NCBI GenBank assembly: GCA_050331735.1
Contig: JBHJGN010000057.1
Coordinates: 15,432 to 79,431 of the forward strand
Source: Cyanophyceae cyanobacterium
GTDB taxonomy: Bacteria; Cyanobacteriota; Cyanobacteriia; Cyanobacteriales; JBHJGN01
Direction: 5' to 3'
DNA length: 64,000 nt
Below the pieces are notes generated by a model that had not been told where the DNA came from, did not search any database, and worked only from the letters and a program-made list of their open reading frames with translations. Position numbers and translations under genes: made by a program. Shown here one piece after another: positions 10,614 through 19,170 of this stretch; the first letter of the stretch is position 1, and each line of letters begins with the position of its first letter.

Positions 10614-10785
10614 TCCTTTGTCCGAAAACCCATGCTAGTCATTGAGGGCACTCTTGGCGGGGCGGCTCTCCTTCCTATACCCTAAATGAGTAGACTTCCC
10701 CGCCGCTTTGAATGACCGACCGAGGGGGTCGAGCTTGGGTTAGTGGTTTCCCTTGATAGTGACTAATATGAAATAGAAGAAAACA

Positions 10786-10839
10786 TGCTACAGATGCATT
10801 TTCTTTCCCTCTCCTGCCTCTTGACTACCATCTGTAGCA
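10786..10839. terminator. Inverted repeat between convergent genes
   Basis: TGCTACAGATG (10786-10796) pairs with CATCTGTAGCA (10829-10839). Confidence 0.5.
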
Positions 10840-10906
10840 AACATTAAGCAATTTCATATAACCACTAACTCTTGACTCGACGCTCTTAGCAGGGTCTGGT
10901 TCTTGT

Positions 10907-11635
10907 CTACACTTCGTCTCGCTTTCGCTGAGACGCTTTTTTCTTCAACAAGATGCCCAACCCTAAAGCTGTCCCTGTCCCGAGAATCGTCAGAGGCTCA
11001 GGGACCGGTTCCACTCGGTCTCGAGAAGTACCAACTTTGATCTGCGTAGCGAGTTGACTTCTGCCCACTGAATCAAAATCAGATAGAGTGACGTCTCCTG
11101 AGAGCGTAAATTGCTCAGAAAAATCAGAAATAATCGCGTAATTTGCCTGATTACCAACCGCGGTCAGCTCCGCACTGCTGCCGTCCTCATCGGCGAGAAC
11201 AACGTTATCAATAGCCAGATTGGTCAGCGAGATGGAAGATTCCCCCTGAGAGCGATTACGAAGATAAATGATATCCACCGGATCCCTAAAAAAATCGCTG
11301 GTTAAAGTCTGACCACCAAGCACATATTCAACAGTCTCTCCATCATAAGCAACAGTAAAAGGAACGGCTTGACCGCTCGTGTAGACCCGCTGACCTTCCG
11401 CGACGGGAGCTTCGTCAGGAGGCGCGGTGATGCCAAACTCTCTATCTCCGCTATTGCCGTTATTGCCAATACGAGCTTCAGCAACAAACACTGGATTAAA
11501 CTGACCGTTGCTAATGAGCTGGTTGTATTCGTCATCTGTAAGATCTGGCTTTTGAAAACTCGCGGCTATAGCGGTAGCCGGAATTGCTAGGGTTACTAGC
11601 GTTGCCAGAGTTGCTGAAAAAATCTGAATCCTCAT
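10907..11635 (-). CDS. PEP-CTERM sorting-domain surface protein (resembles choice-of-anchor W domain)
   Basis: Signal peptide; FVAEARIGNNG motif; C-terminal VPEPLTILG, TM helix, basic tail KKKASQRKR. Confidence 0.85.
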   Translation of the reverse strand: MRIQIFSATLATLVTLAIPATAIAASFQKPDLTDDEYNQLISNGQFNPVFVAEARIGNNGNSGDREFGITAPPDEAPVAEGQRVYTSGQAVPFTVAYDGETVEYVLGGQTLTSDFFRDPVDIIYLRNRSQGESSISLTNLAIDNVVLADEDGSSAELTAVGNQANYAIISDFSEQFTLSGDVTLSDFDSVGRSQLATQIKVGTSRDRVEPVPEPLTILGTGTALGLGILLKKKASQRKRDEV

Positions 11636-11998
11636 ACCTAAATCAAGCTTCCTCCGGGCTAAGTGGTTCTGATTTGACGTTTCGGCTGCATCATTTTAGC
11701 GAAGATCATATCAGGTATGCTCTCATAAATCAGAGAATAGAGGTCATTTAAGTCACATTTAACCGAATTGACGGCTTTTTTACTTGGGTTACCGAGATCC
11801 TGAAACGACAGTAGTGCGGCATCAGGGGCAAGATAGATTGAGGCTTGAGGCTTCGACTCAAATTGCTGTCGCGAGTCAAACTTTCCCTTGATGCGTCGAG
11901 CCCCGAGATTTTCAATCAGGGAATAGGCCAAAAAAAATAGGCAGGACTATTCCCACCTTTGAATGAGCGATTCGATGTCTCTCAACTGACTGTAGACT

Positions 11999-12520
11999 TT
12001 ACCGACGATGTCCTAGCCACTTACTAGCCACAACTCCCATAATGGCTCCTACTAAGGGGTTACTGAGAAATTTAATCAAGGCTGGCTGATCGGCCATCAC
12101 TTCCTGAAAGATATCGGGATGGCTATGGTAGGCAAAGCTTGCTAGTTTGCTCACGTCATCAGCGTCCATGCGTCTCGCATGATGAGTGGAAAGACCAAGC
12201 TGTTGCTCGAGCTGTTTTTCACTGAGTCCCCTTTCTTTGAGATGCTTAAAAAACTCTCTGGCAACATCATCTCTTTCATTGGGTTTGATTTGAGAAATGG
12301 CCTGACGCAGTTCCGGCTCCATTTGGCTAGTCGGAATTCGCTCTGGATGAAGTGAGCGACCAAACAGGCTTTTGCGTTCGTCGCGCGAGGAGCGCTGGGC
12401 AAAATCATCAAAATTCTCGTATTCTTGCTGAGGATTAGCGGGGGTACTGTCGAGCGACTCCACATTTCCCTGCGCTAGATCCTTCATAATTTCTCGCTTA
12501 TAGCGATCGCTACTGCTCAT
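11999..12520 (-). CDS. Conserved hypothetical protein (csbD-associated cluster)
   Basis: 173-aa ORF with an AAGGAG RBS upstream; co-oriented with csbD. Confidence 0.7.
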   Translation of the reverse strand: MSSSDRYKREIMKDLAQGNVESLDSTPANPQQEYENFDDFAQRSSRDERKSLFGRSLHPERIPTSQMEPELRQAISQIKPNERDDVAREFFKHLKERGLSEKQLEQQLGLSTHHARRMDADDVSKLASFAYHSHPDIFQEVMADQPALIKFLSNPLVGAIMGVVASKWLGHRR

Positions 12521-12570
12521 ATTATCTCCTTACTTTCTTCAATCCTTCTTGGCAGTCGAAGCTTAATCGG

Positions 12571-13005
12571 TTACTGATACTGAATCTGATTCGACTGCTG
12601 ATCGTACTGAGCAGTCAGAATCAATTTTTTATCGGGAGCGTACATTAACACGGTGAGGTCTTGACTGGGAAAGTTGCGATGAAAACCCTGGGCAAGCGAT
12701 CGCGCTAGCGGACGCACTTCGTTAGGCTCAACCTGAGGCGAAATCACCACCCCTAACTTATTGTTGTCCCGCACGTAGGCATCCTGAATCAAACCTTGGC
12801 TCGTCTGCACGACCCAATCTCCAAACTGCTGCCCCTGCGGGGTACTGCCACGCTCAATTTGCGAATACACCTGACCGTTGCTTCCTGGCGGTAGCTGTTC
12901 GATTCGCTGCGCCGTCGGCGCACTCGCACAGGCTGTGGCAATTGTTAACACTAAAGTCAAAGCAATCGCCGATAAAAACCGACGACTCTTACTCATAAAA
13001 TTCAC
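12571..13005 (-). CDS. Hypothetical lipoprotein
   Basis: Signal peptide ending in a lipobox-like IATAC. Confidence 0.7.
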   Translation of the reverse strand: MNFMSKSRRFLSAIALTLVLTIATACASAPTAQRIEQLPPGSNGQVYSQIERGSTPQGQQFGDWVVQTSQGLIQDAYVRDNNKLGVVISPQVEPNEVRPLARSLAQGFHRNFPSQDLTVLMYAPDKKLILTAQYDQQSNQIQYQ

Positions 13006-13068
13006 TTTTGTCCTCTCCCAAGTAGCTGATTAAAATAACTGCTGTTCCGAATATTTTTCCTGAGTAAG

Positions 13069-13094
13069 GGGAGATAGCAGTTTAGCTACCTCCC
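13069..13094. terminator. Stem-loop downstream of csbD
   Basis: GGGAGATAGC-AGTTTA-GCTACCTCCC. Confidence 0.45.
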
Positions 13095-13220
13095 ATTTCA
13101 TTCACTAAACCTTCACCCGGAAAAAGTGCCTCTTTCAAAGGAGCTGAGTCTTACGGACACGCGTTTGCGTTCGCTATCCGGGTGCGGCGTTTAGTAAGCT
13201 AAAAAGTGCCTATTCCAGGT

Positions 13221-13403
13221 CTAGTTGAGCTTTTCTTTGACGCTATCTTTAACATCCTCTTTAGCATGCTGCGCTTGAGCTTCGGTTTGCTTGGCTTGGC
13301 CTTCAGCTTTATCTTCCGGATCGCCTGTTACATTGCTCATCGCCTCTTGCGCTTTTCCTTCAATGTTTTTAGCGGTTGCTTTAGCTCTATCTTCTGTACT
13401 CAT
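13221..13403 (-). CDS. csbD: CsbD-family stress protein
   Basis: KATAKNIEGKAQEAMSNVTGD...KAEGQAKQ pattern; AGGAG RBS. Confidence 0.9.
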   Translation of the reverse strand: MSTEDRAKATAKNIEGKAQEAMSNVTGDPEDKAEGQAKQTEAQAQHAKEDVKDSVKEKLN

Positions 13404-13742
13404 TTATATTTCTCCTGATCTGTAATTCTGAACGTTATTATTCAAGATGAATTTAATAACTTTCTCAGTACAGTTATTAGTGTAGTAAAAACAACCATTC
13501 TTTATTTTCTTCCCAAAGGCATAATTGTTTGTGGATGGTTATTTTAATGACTACTTACTTTGAAAGAGAAGGTTCACCAAGACACTCCTGAGAGCAAGAA
13601 TTATTTGTGCCTCGAAATTTAATATTTCTTTGTAAAAAAATCAAAGCTAAAGAAGATTAAATTCCTCACAGTCAGCGCAAGCTGACATCATCAAAGCCTT
13701 CTCCCTAAAAAGTCGCTCTGGGAATTCGGTTGATCCCCTTCC

Positions 13743-14780
13743 TCAAGAAGTGGCTTTTTTGGCCCGGTTCCAGTTATTGAGGATATCTTTAACTAATAAC
13801 TCTCGTAGCCAAACTTGCAAAACAACCACAATCGGAAGAGCCAAGAATAAGCCGATTAAACCAAAAAACGTAGCAAAAGCGAGCTGAGAAAGTAACGTAA
13901 TGGCCGGTAACAAAGATACCTGTTGCTTCATGACCAGAGGCGTGAGAATATTACTTTCGATCTGCTGAATAGCGATATACAAAACAACCACGGCAAGTGT
14001 CTTCCAGGGAGTAACCGTAAAACCGAGGACCGCAGGGGGAATAACGCTGAGAGTAGGCCCTAGATTAGGAATATAGGTGAGTAACCCGGCCAAAATAGCA
14101 TTAGCAAGAGGAAGAGGCACTCCCAGAAGCCATAAACCAACTCCACTCAAAACGCTAATGACAGTCATATTAAACAAAATGCCAATAAACCAGCCGAAAA
14201 TCGCCTCCTCGCACTGAGAAAGAATTTCATCAATCCGCCGACGATAGAAAGCAGGAAATAGCACAATAAACACGCGGCGATAGCTGGCAGGATTGCTTAA
14301 GAACATGATGGTGACAACCGTCACTAGCAGTAGCTGAAGCAGAACCTGAATGGAGCTTCTAAAAATGTCAAAAACCCGACCAAACCAGCCAGAACCAGAA
14401 GTGGGAAGTTGTTGAAAAATATCTGTGAGGCTCTCAATTTCATTGAGTAATTGACCAGGGAGAAATCGGCGGACTTCGCCATACCACTCCTGTATTTGCT
14501 CGCTGATTCGAGGGAACTGCACGGAAAATTGTTGAAAATTCCCGGCAATAGAGGTAACGACCAGGGCAACCAGACCCGCGAGGATGGCAAGCACCGTCAA
14601 CACCGACAGGGCAACAGCAATTCCTCGCTGAATGTGGTAGTCTTGCAGCTTCTGAACCAAGCGGTTGAGCGCCGTCGCAAACACTACTGCTGTAAACGCC
14701 AGCAGCAACAGATGGTGTATCTGCCATAGGACGTAGAGAGCGATCGCAAACACAATCGAGCCAATAATCTTGCCAACCAC
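13743..14780 (-). CDS. AI-2E family transporter
   Basis: Multi-TM; YIPNLGP and IQQIESNILTPLVM motifs, GLIGLFLALP. Confidence 0.9.
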   Translation of the reverse strand: MVGKIIGSIVFAIALYVLWQIHHLLLLAFTAVVFATALNRLVQKLQDYHIQRGIAVALSVLTVLAILAGLVALVVTSIAGNFQQFSVQFPRISEQIQEWYGEVRRFLPGQLLNEIESLTDIFQQLPTSGSGWFGRVFDIFRSSIQVLLQLLLVTVVTIMFLSNPASYRRVFIVLFPAFYRRRIDEILSQCEEAIFGWFIGILFNMTVISVLSGVGLWLLGVPLPLANAILAGLLTYIPNLGPTLSVIPPAVLGFTVTPWKTLAVVVLYIAIQQIESNILTPLVMKQQVSLLPAITLLSQLAFATFFGLIGLFLALPIVVVLQVWLRELLVKDILNNWNRAKKATS

Positions 14781-14874
14781 AGTTCCTCCTGATTTCGGCC
14801 ATTGACAGCTATTATGCTCATTAGTAACGAAGTTTGATGGGGGTTGCGTCTTCCCTAAGAGTACTCATCGAACG

Positions 14875-16239
14875 CTAAAGCTGCTGGCAGAGTTGCCGAA
14901 AATGCTCGCCGCGATGCTCAAAGCTTTGATACTGGTCGAAGCTAGCGCACGCCGGGGACAGAAGCACAACCGAGGCCTGGTACTGCTGGGCTAGCGGCAG
15001 CGAGCGCTCGATTGCTGCCTCCATCGTCTCGACAATTTCGTACCGTTCGTAGCCAACGAGCTTTAATCGTTGAGCAAAAGTTGGCGCGGCTTCTCCAATC
15101 AGCAGCATGGCTGCGGCTCGCTCCTGAACTGTTTTCAGCCAGCCAGTATCGTCTCCTGTTTTGGCTTGGCCCCCCGCAATGACAATCGCTGGAGCCGTCA
15201 CCGACATTAAACCCACCTGGGCCGCCTCGTAATTGGTCGCCTTACTGTCGTTGATAAACTCTACATCGGCAAGGGTGCGAATCTTTTCCAAGCGATGGGG
15301 AACTCCGGCAAAAGCGGCCACTCCAGAAGCGATCGCCTCGCCATCAATTCCGGCTAACCGCGCCGCCGCCACTGCCAACAACAGATTTTGGAGATTATGG
15401 TCGCCCACCATCTTAAACTCGGTGGTCGGCAGCACTCGTTCGTCAAAAGCAACCACCCAGCCGTCCTCGATATAAATCGTCGGCGATCGCTCTGCGAGGG
15501 CTTTTCCTTTGATGCTCGTCCAGTACACATTCTGCCAATCCGTTGCGGACCTCAAGAACGGATCGTCTCCGTTAAAAACTCGCTGTTGGGAACGACGCAG
15601 CAACGACGCTTTGATGTAATAGTAATTTGCTAATGTTTGATGGCGACTGAGGTGATCGGCAGTAAACGTTGTCCATAGGCCGATTTGAGGAGCTAATGCT
15701 ATCGAAGATTCGATCTGATAGCTGCTAATTTCAGCAATAATCCAGTCTAGAGTTGGCGCTGGAGAGGAAGCAGACTTACTGTTTCGCTGATGCTGAAGAG
15801 CAATTTCGCAGGCCGCATAGCCAATATTGCCGCAGGCCGGAGCCACTAATCCGGCAGTCTTAAAGATAGCGGCGGTCAGCGCCGTTGTGGTGGTTTTCCC
15901 GTTGGTGCCGGTGATCCCAATCCACGGAACCGTCTGGAGATAGCGCCAGGCTAGCTCTAGTTCCCCGATGGTATCAATTCCTCGACTTCTGGCTTCCACT
16001 AAGACGGGAATATCCCAGGGAACGCCAGGACTCACCACAATCAGCTCGGAGGGGTCATCTAAGGTGAAAGTATGACCAAGCTGCACCTGAATGCCCTCTC
16101 CTTCCAGCTCTTGCTTCTGCTGATTCAGCTTTGGAGAGCAAGCGCGATCGCTTAACCTTACTTCCCAACCATCCTGTTTCAACAGCCGCGCAGCGGCGAT
16201 CCCAGATCTTCCCAGTCCAATAATGTCAGCCTTGGGCAT
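14875..16239 (-). CDS. murD: UDP-N-acetylmuramoyl-L-alanine--D-glutamate ligase
   Basis: [42 protein letters not shown]. Confidence 0.96.
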   Translation of the reverse strand: MPKADIIGLGRSGIAAARLLKQDGWEVRLSDRACSPKLNQQKQELEGEGIQVQLGHTFTLDDPSELIVVSPGVPWDIPVLVEARSRGIDTIGELELAWRYLQTVPWIGITGTNGKTTTTALTAAIFKTAGLVAPACGNIGYAACEIALQHQRNSKSASSPAPTLDWIIAEISSYQIESSIALAPQIGLWTTFTADHLSRHQTLANYYYIKASLLRRSQQRVFNGDDPFLRSATDWQNVYWTSIKGKALAERSPTIYIEDGWVVAFDERVLPTTEFKMVGDHNLQNLLLAVAAARLAGIDGEAIASGVAAFAGVPHRLEKIRTLADVEFINDSKATNYEAAQVGLMSVTAPAIVIAGGQAKTGDDTGWLKTVQERAAAMLLIGEAAPTFAQRLKLVGYERYEIVETMEAAIERSLPLAQQYQASVVLLSPACASFDQYQSFEHRGEHFRQLCQQL

Positions 16240-16400
16240 ATTTAACGTTGCAATTAATTAACAGCAACACTCATCATAATTAAAAAGGCAAAATTAAAAT
16301 GCCAAAAGTAACTACTAAGCAGTACGAAGTCATCGCAGCATCTGTTTCTGGCAGATAAACTGTAACCGCACACAAGGTTTTTTAATGGTGGCAGAGATGA

Positions 16401-17141
16401 CTACAGCGTTGGAAACTGAGTAATGTCCGCTGCTGCCTGAAGCGTAATTTTCCCCGCGTCTACCTGAAGCTGATGAATTCGTAAAGCCAATCCCTCTTTC
16501 TCAAAGTTACGCAGGTCTAGCATTTTGCTGGCTTTATCAAGAAAAGCGGCTGTCAGTTCTGCTGAGACTTCCTTCCCCGGGACGTATTCAATATTTTCCA
16601 GGAGGACTCCTCGTCCTCCTGGGGCGATTTTTGGGGTCGTTGTAAATGCTACCGTCTGCTGTTCTCCGCTCGGATGCAGCTCCACGACAGCCTCGACCGC
16701 CACGGTCCCATCCTCACGAAGCTGACACGTTTTTTCCGGAACCGTAAACTTCACGCTCCCGTTCTCTAAATAGGTATCTAGAACGCTAATCCGAGTTCTC
16801 AGTTCGGGGGAATTAAAGGCCCGATTAAGATCGTCTTCGGTTAACTCAATGCGAGCGGTTCCTTCCGTCGGCTGAGTCAGTTCAATATTGCCCGTTAACG
16901 CTTTCAGAGGACTAACAGCGATCGCCTGCATGAGGATTTCTAGCACCTGCACCCGCAAGTCGGTTTCGAGCACTAGTCCGGTTCCCAGAATCTCTAGGGC
17001 TTCCAGCTCACCATTCGTGAGCTTCTCTGGATCGGTTTTAACCCGCACGTCCAAACTGTCCGCCTCTTCTAGTTGACTCGATAGAGCAAGTTCGGCAATT
17101 TTGTTGAGGGCTTGTTCTCCAAGATTATCGGTTCCTAACAC
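16401..17141 (-). CDS. DUF2993/LmeA-like protein
   Basis: Cyanobacterial family pattern EQALNKIAELALSSQL...GNIELTQPT...LTEDDLNRAFNS. Confidence 0.7.
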   Translation of the reverse strand: MLGTDNLGEQALNKIAELALSSQLEEADSLDVRVKTDPEKLTNGELEALEILGTGLVLETDLRVQVLEILMQAIAVSPLKALTGNIELTQPTEGTARIELTEDDLNRAFNSPELRTRISVLDTYLENGSVKFTVPEKTCQLREDGTVAVEAVVELHPSGEQQTVAFTTTPKIAPGGRGVLLENIEYVPGKEVSAELTAAFLDKASKMLDLRNFEKEGLALRIHQLQVDAGKITLQAAADITQFPTL

Positions 17142-17230
17142 GCGATCGCTGCTCCCACTAAGACTTTCGTTCTTCTTAATTTTATTAAGAAACGTTAAGC
17201 CATATCTCTGCCAGATGACAGAATCGGGAT

Positions 17231-17470
17231 GTCCCTCCGGGAAAAGGGAAATCGCTGCGCGATGGGGAAAGGGGAAAGGGAAATCTGTCCCTGCGGGACG
17301 GGGAAAGGGAAAATCGCTGCGCGATGGGGAAAAGGGAAACAGTGACCAGTGACCAAACTAACTAGCTGATTTGAACACTGTTAACTAACAACTGTCAAGT
17401 TCTTCCCTTTCCCCTTTCCCCCTTGCCCTTTGCCCGTTGCGGAGCAACTTTCCCCTTCCCCTACGGCGCT
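17231..17470. repeat. Composite intergenic repeat B
   Basis: Hairpins at 17231, 17251, 17287, 17313 and 17436, plus a half hairpin at about 17460-17469, within GGGGAAA and TTTCCCC arms. Confidence 0.85.
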
Positions 17471-18363
17471 TCCTCTTCCCAAGTTCGTAACTGAACGTAG
17501 ACGAGAATCAAGGTGATGCCGAGTAACACGGTTGCCGCTGCGGCGGCATAGCCGAACTCAAAGCGAGAGAAAGCTTCCTGGTAAACATAGTAAACGAGCA
17601 GGTTTGTGGAGTTGAGTGGTCCTCCTCCAGTGATCACATACACTTGCTCAAAGCTGCGTAACGTAAAAATAGCGGTCGTCACTGTGGCAAAAACGAGCGT
17701 TGGTCGCAATCCCGGCAGCGTAATATACCAAAATTTAGCCCCGGCGTTGGCTCCATCGAGTTCAGCCGCTTCGTATCTCGATTGCGGGATGGCCTGGAGT
17801 CCAGCGAGAAAGACGACTAAATTGAAGCCTAACTGCTTCCAGATGCTCAGCAGGATAATCACGGGCATCGACCAAGTGGTGCTGCTTAACCAGGGAATAG
17901 GGTCGAGTCCGGCAGCGAGCAGCAGACCGTTAACAGGACCATCCGTTTGAAACAGCCAGCGAAACCCTAAGCCGACGGCAACTAGAGAAGTAATCGAGGG
18001 AATAAAATAAGCCGTTCGGAGCAATCCCCGCAGGGCTAGAGACTGATTGAGCAGCACTGCTAATCCGAGCGGAATCACCAGACTAGGAATTACGGTAGCA
18101 ATGGTGAAATAAGCCGTATTGCCCATCACCTGCCAAAAGTCAGGATCTGTCACCAGCCGCAGATAGTTGCGCACTCCAATCCAGTGAACGCCCTGGGTGG
18201 TAAAGCTGCCGCTGGTAAAGCTGAGATAAACCAAGTAGGTAATCGGCCCAAGCAAAAACACGCCGAGGAGGAGCAAAGCAGGCGCGAGAAACAGCCAGGC
18301 CGCAAAAGTGTCTCGATCGAGCCAAGACGTGAGATAGTGGGGGGATACGGGCAATTTGTTCAC
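17461..18363 (-). CDS. Carbohydrate ABC transporter permease
   Basis: EAA loop LAGLQAIPQSRYEAAELDGA; ITGGGP; GYAAA. Confidence 0.92.
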   Translation of the reverse strand: MNKLPVSPHYLTSWLDRDTFAAWLFLAPALLLLGVFLLGPITYLVYLSFTSGSFTTQGVHWIGVRNYLRLVTDPDFWQVMGNTAYFTIATVIPSLVIPLGLAVLLNQSLALRGLLRTAYFIPSITSLVAVGLGFRWLFQTDGPVNGLLLAAGLDPIPWLSSTTWSMPVIILLSIWKQLGFNLVVFLAGLQAIPQSRYEAAELDGANAGAKFWYITLPGLRPTLVFATVTTAIFTLRSFEQVYVITGGGPLNSTNLLVYYVYQEAFSRFEFGYAAAAATVLLGITLILVYVQLRTWEEEAP

Positions 18364-18369
18364 GGGCTA

Positions 18370-19029
18370 ATGAGTCAATTCTCTTCCACTGATTCTACCT
18401 CGACGTTGATTTCTCCCTCGCTGAAGCCGCCACTGTCGCTAGAGAACCCTACCAAACTAGGCATTATGGCCTCCGGCAGCGGCAGTAACTTTGAGGCGAT
18501 CGCCCAAGCCATCCAAGACAAGCAGCTCCCTGCTCACATTCAGGTTCTCATTTACAACAACCCAAAGGCCACCGTAAGAGCGCGAGCCCAGCGCTGGCAT
18601 GTGCCCGCCGTTTTGCTCAACCACCGCCAGTTTAAGCGCCGGGAAGACCTAGACCGCTCTATCGTGGACGTATTGCAGCAATATGAAGTGCAGTGGGTCG
18701 TGATGGCAGGCTGGATGCGCGTCGTAACGCCCGTTCTGCTCAAAGCATTTCCCCAGCGCATAATTAACATTCATCCCAGTCTGCTGCCTAGCTTTCGCGG
18801 CGTTCGCGCCGTCGAACAGGCTCTCCAGGCTGGAGTCAAAATTACTGGCTGCACTGCTCACTTCGTTGCTTTAGAGATAGACAGCGGCCAAATTATCATG
18901 CAGGCAGCCGTTCCCGTGTTGGCCAATGATACCGCTGACACTCTCCACGCCCGCATTCAGGTCCAGGAACATCGCATTCTGCCCCAGGCGATCGCTATAG
19001 CCAGTAGTCCCGTTGGGACGGGGAAATAG
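18370..19029 (+). CDS. purN: Phosphoribosylglycinamide formyltransferase
   Basis: Start moved to the ATG at 18370. ASGSGSN, MAGWMR, NIHPSLLP, TGCTAHFV, EHRILP. Confidence 0.95.
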   Translation: MSQFSSTDSTSTLISPSLKPPLSLENPTKLGIMASGSGSNFEAIAQAIQDKQLPAHIQVLIYNNPKATVRARAQRWHVPAVLLNHRQFKRREDLDRSIVDVLQQYEVQWVVMAGWMRVVTPVLLKAFPQRIINIHPSLLPSFRGVRAVEQALQAGVKITGCTAHFVALEIDSGQIIMQAAVPVLANDTADTLHARIQVQEHRILPQAIAIASSPVGTGK

Positions 19030-19170
19030 TTCCTGCGGAACGGGCAAAGGGCAAAGGGAAAGGGAGTAGTTGTCAAGTGGGTTCCTTGCTCCTGTATTCT
19101 TCTCCCGTCCCGGAGGGACAGATTTCCCTTTCCCCTTTCCCCCTTCCCCTTTTCCCCGCGCCGCAGGAGC
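19007..19170. repeat. Composite intergenic repeat C
   Basis: Hairpins at 19007, 19029, 19107 and 19158 with GGGCAAA and CCCTTT arms between convergent purN and the M16 gene. Confidence 0.85.

Noticed and set aside
17101..17352. ORFs with GKGKGK-like repeats (also 18957..19202)
   Set aside because: These are translations of the GGGAAA repeat arms, not credible proteins.
18184..18369. N-terminal extension of purN in the ORF track
   Set aside because: It overlaps the permease gene on the opposite strand; the ATG at 18370 is more plausible.
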